Source: Candidatus Latescibacterota bacterium | GTDB taxonomy: Bacteria > Latescibacterota > UBA2968 > GCA-2709665 | DNA: 64,000 nucleotides | Assembly (NCBI GenBank): GCA_965237675.1 | Contig: OZ250150.1 | Location: 2,560,001 to 2,624,000, forward strand | Reading direction: 5' to 3' | Shown here: positions 59,275 to 64,000 of the stretch, one piece after another | Layout of the letters: each line of letters opens with the position of its first letter | Position numbering within the stretch: the first letter of the stretch is position 1 | The notes under the pieces: generated by a model | Databases searched by the model: none | What the model saw: the letters and a program-made list of their open reading frames with translations, nothing else | Told to the model about the DNA's origin: nothing | Translations under genes and position numbers: made by a program

Positions 59275-60318
59275 ATGCCGGTTTTTTCTGCGGCAGAACT
59301 GCGCCGTATAGGGCGCGAAATCTATGAACGTGCCGGCGCCACTTCTGAAGAGGCGGAAACGGTCGCGGGGCAACTGGTGGAATCCAGCTTGTCGGGCCAC
59401 GACTCGCACGGAGTACAGCGCCTGCCGCAGTACGTCGCGGGGGTGGCATCCGGACAGATCGTTCCGGGCGCCGCGGTTGAAGTGGAACGGGAGACGCCGG
59501 CCACGGCGGTGCTGAACGGGAACTGGGGGTTCGGACATGTAACCGCGGTGGCGGCGATGCAGGTGGCTATACGCAAGGCCCGCGAGGCCTCGGTGGGTCT
59601 GGTCACGGTTCACCGGTGTAACCACGTCGGCCGGCTTGGCGCTTTTTCGCCGCTGGCGGCCGAAGCGGACATGATCGGTATGCTTGCAAATAACGGACAC
59701 GGGGCGGATCTGGCGATGCCCCCGTCGGGCGGGATCGGGCGGGTCCTGCCCGCGAACTGCCTGGCAGTCGCATGTCCATCCGCGGGAGAGTTTCCGATCG
59801 CCCTGGATTTTACCACTGCGGTGGCGGCCGGCGGCAAGGTTCGCGTGACACTGGCAACGGGTGAGCGGATGCCGGATGGCTGGATGATTGATCACGAGGG
59901 CTATCCGACAAACGATCCCGGGGTGTATCTGACGGAACCGAAAGGCGCTCTGCTGCCGTTCGGAGGTCCCGTGGCGCACAAGGGATACGGGCTGGCCTTC
60001 GTGATCGACATTCTCTCGGGTGCGCTGTCTCCGGCCGGGTGTTCCCGCCAGGACTCGAAGGTGACGGGCAACGCGCTTTTTGTGCAGGCCATCAATATTG
60101 AAGCCTTTCGGCCGCTCGACGCGTTCAAGGCGGAGGTGAAGCGATTCGTCGACTACGTGAAGTCGGCCAAACTGGCTCCGGGTTCGCGGGAGGTGCTTGT
60201 GCCGGGCGAGCGGTCGTGGCGGACGAGGAAGGAGCGGTCGAAGTCCGGCATTCCGGTTCCTGACTCGACCTGGGAGCAGATTGTGGAGACCGGGCGGAAG
60301 GTAGGCCTGGAATTGTAG
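59275..60318 (+). CDS. Ldh_2 (malate/L-lactate/ureidoglycolate dehydrogenase) family oxidoreductase
   Basis: Motifs GHDSHGV, NHVGRLG, LLPFGG..HKGYGL, VPGE. Confidence 0.92.
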   Translation: MPVFSAAELRRIGREIYERAGATSEEAETVAGQLVESSLSGHDSHGVQRLPQYVAGVASGQIVPGAAVEVERETPATAVLNGNWGFGHVTAVAAMQVAIRKAREASVGLVTVHRCNHVGRLGAFSPLAAEADMIGMLANNGHGADLAMPPSGGIGRVLPANCLAVACPSAGEFPIALDFTTAVAAGGKVRVTLATGERMPDGWMIDHEGYPTNDPGVYLTEPKGALLPFGGPVAHKGYGLAFVIDILSGALSPAGCSRQDSKVTGNALFVQAINIEAFRPLDAFKAEVKRFVDYVKSAKLAPGSREVLVPGERSWRTRKERSKSGIPVPDSTWEQIVETGRKVGLEL

Positions 60319-60404
60319 GGTGTCTCATCCCGGCGAATCCGCCAACGGGCTACTTCGGATGATTCGTTCTCCGATATACGGATTTGCACAGGAGGTCGCG
60401 GGAA

Positions 60405-61739
60405 ATGTCAGATGATATTCGAGCCAGAGCCGAAGGCGCCCGGGCGGCGGCATTGCAATTGAGCCACGCGTCCGAAGGGGAACGTAACGCGGCGCTGGAG
60501 GCGATTGCGGGAAGTCTGGGGGCCAGTGCGGGTGCCATTCTGGAGGCGAACCGAAGGGATCTGGAGGCTGCTGCCGTCCTGCTGGCCGAGGGCAGGTTGA
60601 CGGGCGCACTGGTCGGACGGTTGAAGGTGGATGAGGGCAAACTGCACAACGAGATTGTGCCCGGGGTTCGCAGCGTCAAGGCACAGCGGGACCCCATCGG
60701 CCGTACGCTGGCGGCCACGGAGATGGATGAGGGCCTGAAGCTCTACCGGGTATCGGTTCCGATCGGTGTGGTGGGAATCGTGTTCGAGTCTCGGCCTGAC
60801 GCGCTGGTGCAGATTGCCACGCTTTGCCTGAAATCGGGCAATGCGGCGCTGCTCAAGGGTGGAAGCGAGGCGTTCCATACCAATCGCGCGCTGGCGAATG
60901 TCCTCATCGCGGCAACACACGGGTTACCAGGCATTCCGGATGGCTGGATGCATCTGATGGAGGCGCGGGAGGACGTGCGGGCCATACTGGATCTGCACCA
61001 TCTGATCGATCTCATCATCCCCCGGGGCGGCAACGCGCTTGTCCAGCATGTTATGGAGAATACCAGGATTCCGGTGATGGGGCATGCCGACGGTGTCTGC
61101 CACGTGTACGTGCACGCGGAGGCGGATCTCGAGAAGGCAAAGCGGATCTGTCTGGATGCCAAGATCCAGTATCCATCGGCATGCAACGCGGCGGAGACGT
61201 TGCTTCTGGACACGGATATCGCGGGGGAATTCCTGCCGGCGATGGTCCGGATATACCAGCGGAACGGCGTTGATGTGCGGGGGGACGAACTGGCGCGAAC
61301 GCTGGTAGGCGGGGCGGTGGCCCCGGCAACGGAGAAGGATTGGGGAACGGAGTATCTCGACATGGTGATTTCCGTCAAAGTGGTGAACGGCGTGCAGGAA
61401 GCCGTCGATCATATCAACCGCTACGGCAGCCACCACACCGATGCGATTGTGACGGAAGACAGGGTTGCGGCATCCAGGTTCCTGCGCGAGGTGGATTCCG
61501 CGTCCACGCTGCACAACGCGTCAACCCGATTTGCGGATGGGTTCCGCTACGGTCTGGGCGCGGAGGTGGGCATCAGCACCAACCGGTTGCACAGCAGGGG
61601 GCCTGTCGGGCTGGAAGGCCTGGTGATTTACAAATACATCATTGAGGGGAACGGGCAAATTGCGGGCGACTATATCGGAGGTGGCTCAAAGGCGTTCACC
61701 CACCGACCCCTCGCCGAGACATGGACTCCTGACACCTGA
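60405..61739 (+). CDS. proA: Gamma-glutamyl phosphate reductase
   Basis: Motifs VPIGVVGIVFESRP, LKGGSEA, IPRGG, GVCHVYV, CNAAETLL, NASTRFADG, GAEVGIST. Confidence 0.96.
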   Translation: MSDDIRARAEGARAAALQLSHASEGERNAALEAIAGSLGASAGAILEANRRDLEAAAVLLAEGRLTGALVGRLKVDEGKLHNEIVPGVRSVKAQRDPIGRTLAATEMDEGLKLYRVSVPIGVVGIVFESRPDALVQIATLCLKSGNAALLKGGSEAFHTNRALANVLIAATHGLPGIPDGWMHLMEAREDVRAILDLHHLIDLIIPRGGNALVQHVMENTRIPVMGHADGVCHVYVHAEADLEKAKRICLDAKIQYPSACNAAETLLLDTDIAGEFLPAMVRIYQRNGVDVRGDELARTLVGGAVAPATEKDWGTEYLDMVISVKVVNGVQEAVDHINRYGSHHTDAIVTEDRVAASRFLREVDSASTLHNASTRFADGFRYGLGAEVGISTNRLHSRGPVGLEGLVIYKYIIEGNGQIAGDYIGGGSKAFTHRPLAETWTPDT

Positions 61740-61749
61740 GGTAATTCTG

Positions 61750-64000
61750 ATGAAATACGCGTTGCGGTTTCCGGTTGTGTTGTGTCTCACCCTGTTCGGT
61801 GCCTGCGCGTCTTCGCAGAAGGCGGCCCCGCCGCAAGCACTCTCGCCGCCCCATGCGCCCAAACTGCCGGTGGATCCGAATCTGACGCGTGGCAGGCTGC
61901 AGAACGGCATCCGATACATTATCCGTGAGAACAAACGGCCGGAGAACCGCGCGGAGTTGCGCCTGGTGGTGAATGCGGGTTCGATTCTGGAAGACGAGGA
62001 TCAGCAGGGACTGGCCCATTTTGTGGAGCACATGGCGTTCAACGGAACCCGGAATTTTCCCAAGCAGGACCTGGTGGATTACCTGGAATCGATCGGCATG
62101 CGTTTCGGACCGGACCTGAATGCATATACGAGCTTTGACGAAACCGTATATATGCTTCAAGTGCCGACCGATAGCGCAAAGGTTGTAACGCAGGCGTTCC
62201 AGATTCTGGAGGACTGGGCGTCGGGCGTTCTCTTCGAAGCGGAGGAGATCGACAAGGAGAGAGGGGTGGTGATCGAGGAATGGCGGCTGGGCCAGGGCGC
62301 AGGCGCCCGGCTGCGGGACAAGCAGTTTCCAATACTGCTCAAGGGGTCCCGATACGCGGAACGGCTGCCCATTGGAAAAAAGGCGGTGCTGGATACGTTC
62401 AAATACGAAGCGGCGCAGCGGTTTTATCGGGACTGGTACCGCCCGGATCTGATGGCCGTCATTGCCGTGGGGGATTTCGAGTCGGGCTGGATCGAGGGAT
62501 TGATCCAGGAACATTTCGCAAGAATCCCACCAGCTCGCCAGCCGAGAAAACGGACGCTGTATCCGGTTCCCGGGCACGAGGAGACCCTGTTCGCCATTGC
62601 GACCGATCCGGAGGCGACCCGCACGAACATATCCATCTACCATAAACAACCCTTGCGCGAACAGGATTCGGCCGAGGCTTACAGACAGAATATTGTCGAG
62701 TCCCTGTACAACAGGATGCTGAACGCGCGGCTGCATGAATCGACCAAGAAACCCGATGCGCCTTACATGTTCGCGTTCTCCAGCCAGGGTCGTTTTATCC
62801 GCACGCGCGAGTTCTATACGCTGGGGGCCGGTGTGAGAGAGGGTGGCATCCAGCGGGGCCTGGAGGCCGTACTCACGGAAGCCAGGAGGGTGCGCCTGCA
62901 CGGGTTCACGCAGTCGGAACTCGACCGCGAGAAGACCGGGGCGCTCCGTGCAATGGAGCGGTCCAACGCGGAGAAAGACAAGGTGCGTTCCCGTCGTTTC
63001 GCATCGGAGTATATCCGGCATTTCCTGACGGGTGAGCCGATTCCCGGGATCGCGTATGAGTACAAATTGTATCAGGAGATGGTGCCCGGCATCGAACTGG
63101 CCGAGGTGAACCGCCTTGCGGGCGAGTGGATTACCGACCGCGAACGCGTCGTGCTGGTCGACGGTCCGGAGAAGCCTGACGTGACAATGCCGACCGAAGC
63201 GGATCTGACGGCGGTAATCGGGCGCGTCAACGAGAAGGAGATCGAGCCATACGAAGACGCGGTCTCGGGCCGCCCGCTGATCGAAACGCCGCCGCAGCCC
63301 TCCCAAATAGTCTCGGAGAAGGAGATACTCGACCTGGGCGTGAGCGAATGGACACTGGCGAACGGTGTGCGCGTTGTGCTCAAGCCAACCGATTTCAAGA
63401 ACGACGAAGTGCTGTTTACGGCATTCAGCCCGGGCGGGCATGGGCTGGTGTCGGACCAGGATTATCTTGCGGCGTCGTCGGCAACGTCGGTGATTCGCGA
63501 GGGCGGCCTGGGGACGTTCGATGCGATCGGCTTGCAGAAGAAACTTGCCGGAAAGGTGGTGAGCGTATCGCCCTGGATCCAGGAACTTCGGGAAGGCGTT
63601 CAGGGCAGCGCATCCTTGAAGGATCTGGAGACGATGTTTCAAATGATCTACCTGACGTTTACTTCGCCTCGAAAGGACCCTGAAGCGTTTCTGGCCTACG
63701 TGCAGCGCATCCGCGGATTGCTGGAAAACCGTAGCGCCAGCCCGGCGGCGGCATTCGGCGATACGATTCAGGTAACGATGTCGCAGTACCACCACCGCGC
63801 GCGGGTCTGGTCGGAAGCGCTGCTGGAAGAAATGAACCTCGAGCGCTCGTTCGAGATTTACAAGGATCGGTTTGCCGATGCGAGCGATTTCATATTCTTT
63901 TTTGTGGGCAACATCGATCCGGATCGCATCCGCCCCCTTGTAAAGACCTACCTGGGCGGGTTGCCGGCGACTCGGCGAAAAGAGACCTGGCGCGACGTGG
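61750..64000 (+). CDS. M16 zinc metalloprotease (PqqL-like) lipoprotein, 3' partial
   Basis: Manual translation MKYALR...LFGAC (lipobox), LAHFVEHMAFNG (HxxEH), NAYTSFDETVY, ERGVVIEEWR; the frame appears open to the window end. Confidence 0.92.
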   Translation, partial: MKYALRFPVVLCLTLFGACASSQKAAPPQALSPPHAPKLPVDPNLTRGRLQNGIRYIIRENKRPENRAELRLVVNAGSILEDEDQQGLAHFVEHMAFNGTRNFPKQDLVDYLESIGMRFGPDLNAYTSFDETVYMLQVPTDSAKVVTQAFQILEDWASGVLFEAEEIDKERGVVIEEWRLGQGAGARLRDKQFPILLKGSRYAERLPIGKKAVLDTFKYEAAQRFYRDWYRPDLMAVIAVGDFESGWIEGLIQEHFARIPPARQPRKRTLYPVPGHEETLFAIATDPEATRTNISIYHKQPLREQDSAEAYRQNIVESLYNRMLNARLHESTKKPDAPYMFAFSSQGRFIRTREFYTLGAGVREGGIQRGLEAVLTEARRVRLHGFTQSELDREKTGALRAMERSNAEKDKVRSRRFASEYIRHFLTGEPIPGIAYEYKLYQEMVPGIELAEVNRLAGEWITDRERVVLVDGPEKPDVTMPTEADLTAVIGRVNEKEIEPYEDAVSGRPLIETPPQPSQIVSEKEILDLGVSEWTLANGVRVVLKPTDFKNDEVLFTAFSPGGHGLVSDQDYLAASSATSVIREGGLGTFDAIGLQKKLAGKVVSVSPWIQELREGVQGSASLKDLETMFQMIYLTFTSPRKDPEAFLAYVQRIRGLLENRSASPAAAFGDTIQVTMSQYHHRARVWSEALLEEMNLERSFEIYKDRFADASDFIFFFVGNIDPDRIRPLVKTYLGGLPATRRKETWRDV

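Noticed and set aside
61696-63795. 699-aa minus-strand ORF
   Set aside because: Antisense to the M16 protease, which has clear HxxEH motifs but is missing from the track because it runs off the window.
1-64000. CRISPR array, tRNA/rRNA, retron or reverse transcriptase, prophage structural genes
   Set aside because: I found no regularly spaced direct repeats, cloverleaf or rRNA-like sequence, YxDD RT ORF or phage structural genes by eye. In particular there is no RT next to the nitrilase domain, so it is not DRT1/UG5. An Infernal scan was not possible.

Overview
GC-rich bacterial chromosomal window with about 40 supportable CDS and no rRNA, tRNA or CRISPR array that I can see. The gene content (PhyH, DUF3604, ankyrin and BNR proteins, SMP-30, TonB system) resembles sponge-associated or marine Latescibacterota/Gemmatimonadota-type genomes; this is inference only. 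The first ~7.4 kb is a decaying defence-type island. It holds an IS3 end, a P-loop ATPase fused to a PD-(D/E)xK nuclease and split by an intact IS256 (8-bp target duplication), a wHTH gene, an ABC/AAA_15 ATPase coupled to a small nuclease-fold gene, an orphan UPF0175 antitoxin, and fused scraps of a PIN toxin and a type IIG R-M gene. The middle has an IS630 inserted exactly at a TonB-dependent receptor stop codon, an Lhr helicase with a candidate LexA box, and many catabolic enzymes. The most striking feature is a stand-alone, visibly AT-richer 777-aa gene (24367-26700). It fuses an McrA/McrB-type N-terminal head, a Vsr/DUF559-like endonuclease and a carbon-nitrogen hydrolase (nitrilase) domain with an intact E-K-C triad, making it a candidate undescribed single-gene defence or modification-dependent nuclease. 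The right half holds an Ala-rich repeat lipoprotein, an ABC-F ATPase, an MNT-HEPN toxin-antitoxin pair, an IS1595 relic next to a retropepsin gene pair, a CoA ligase-thiolase-DUF35 cluster, proA and a partial M16 protease. All family calls come from motif recognition, not database searches.
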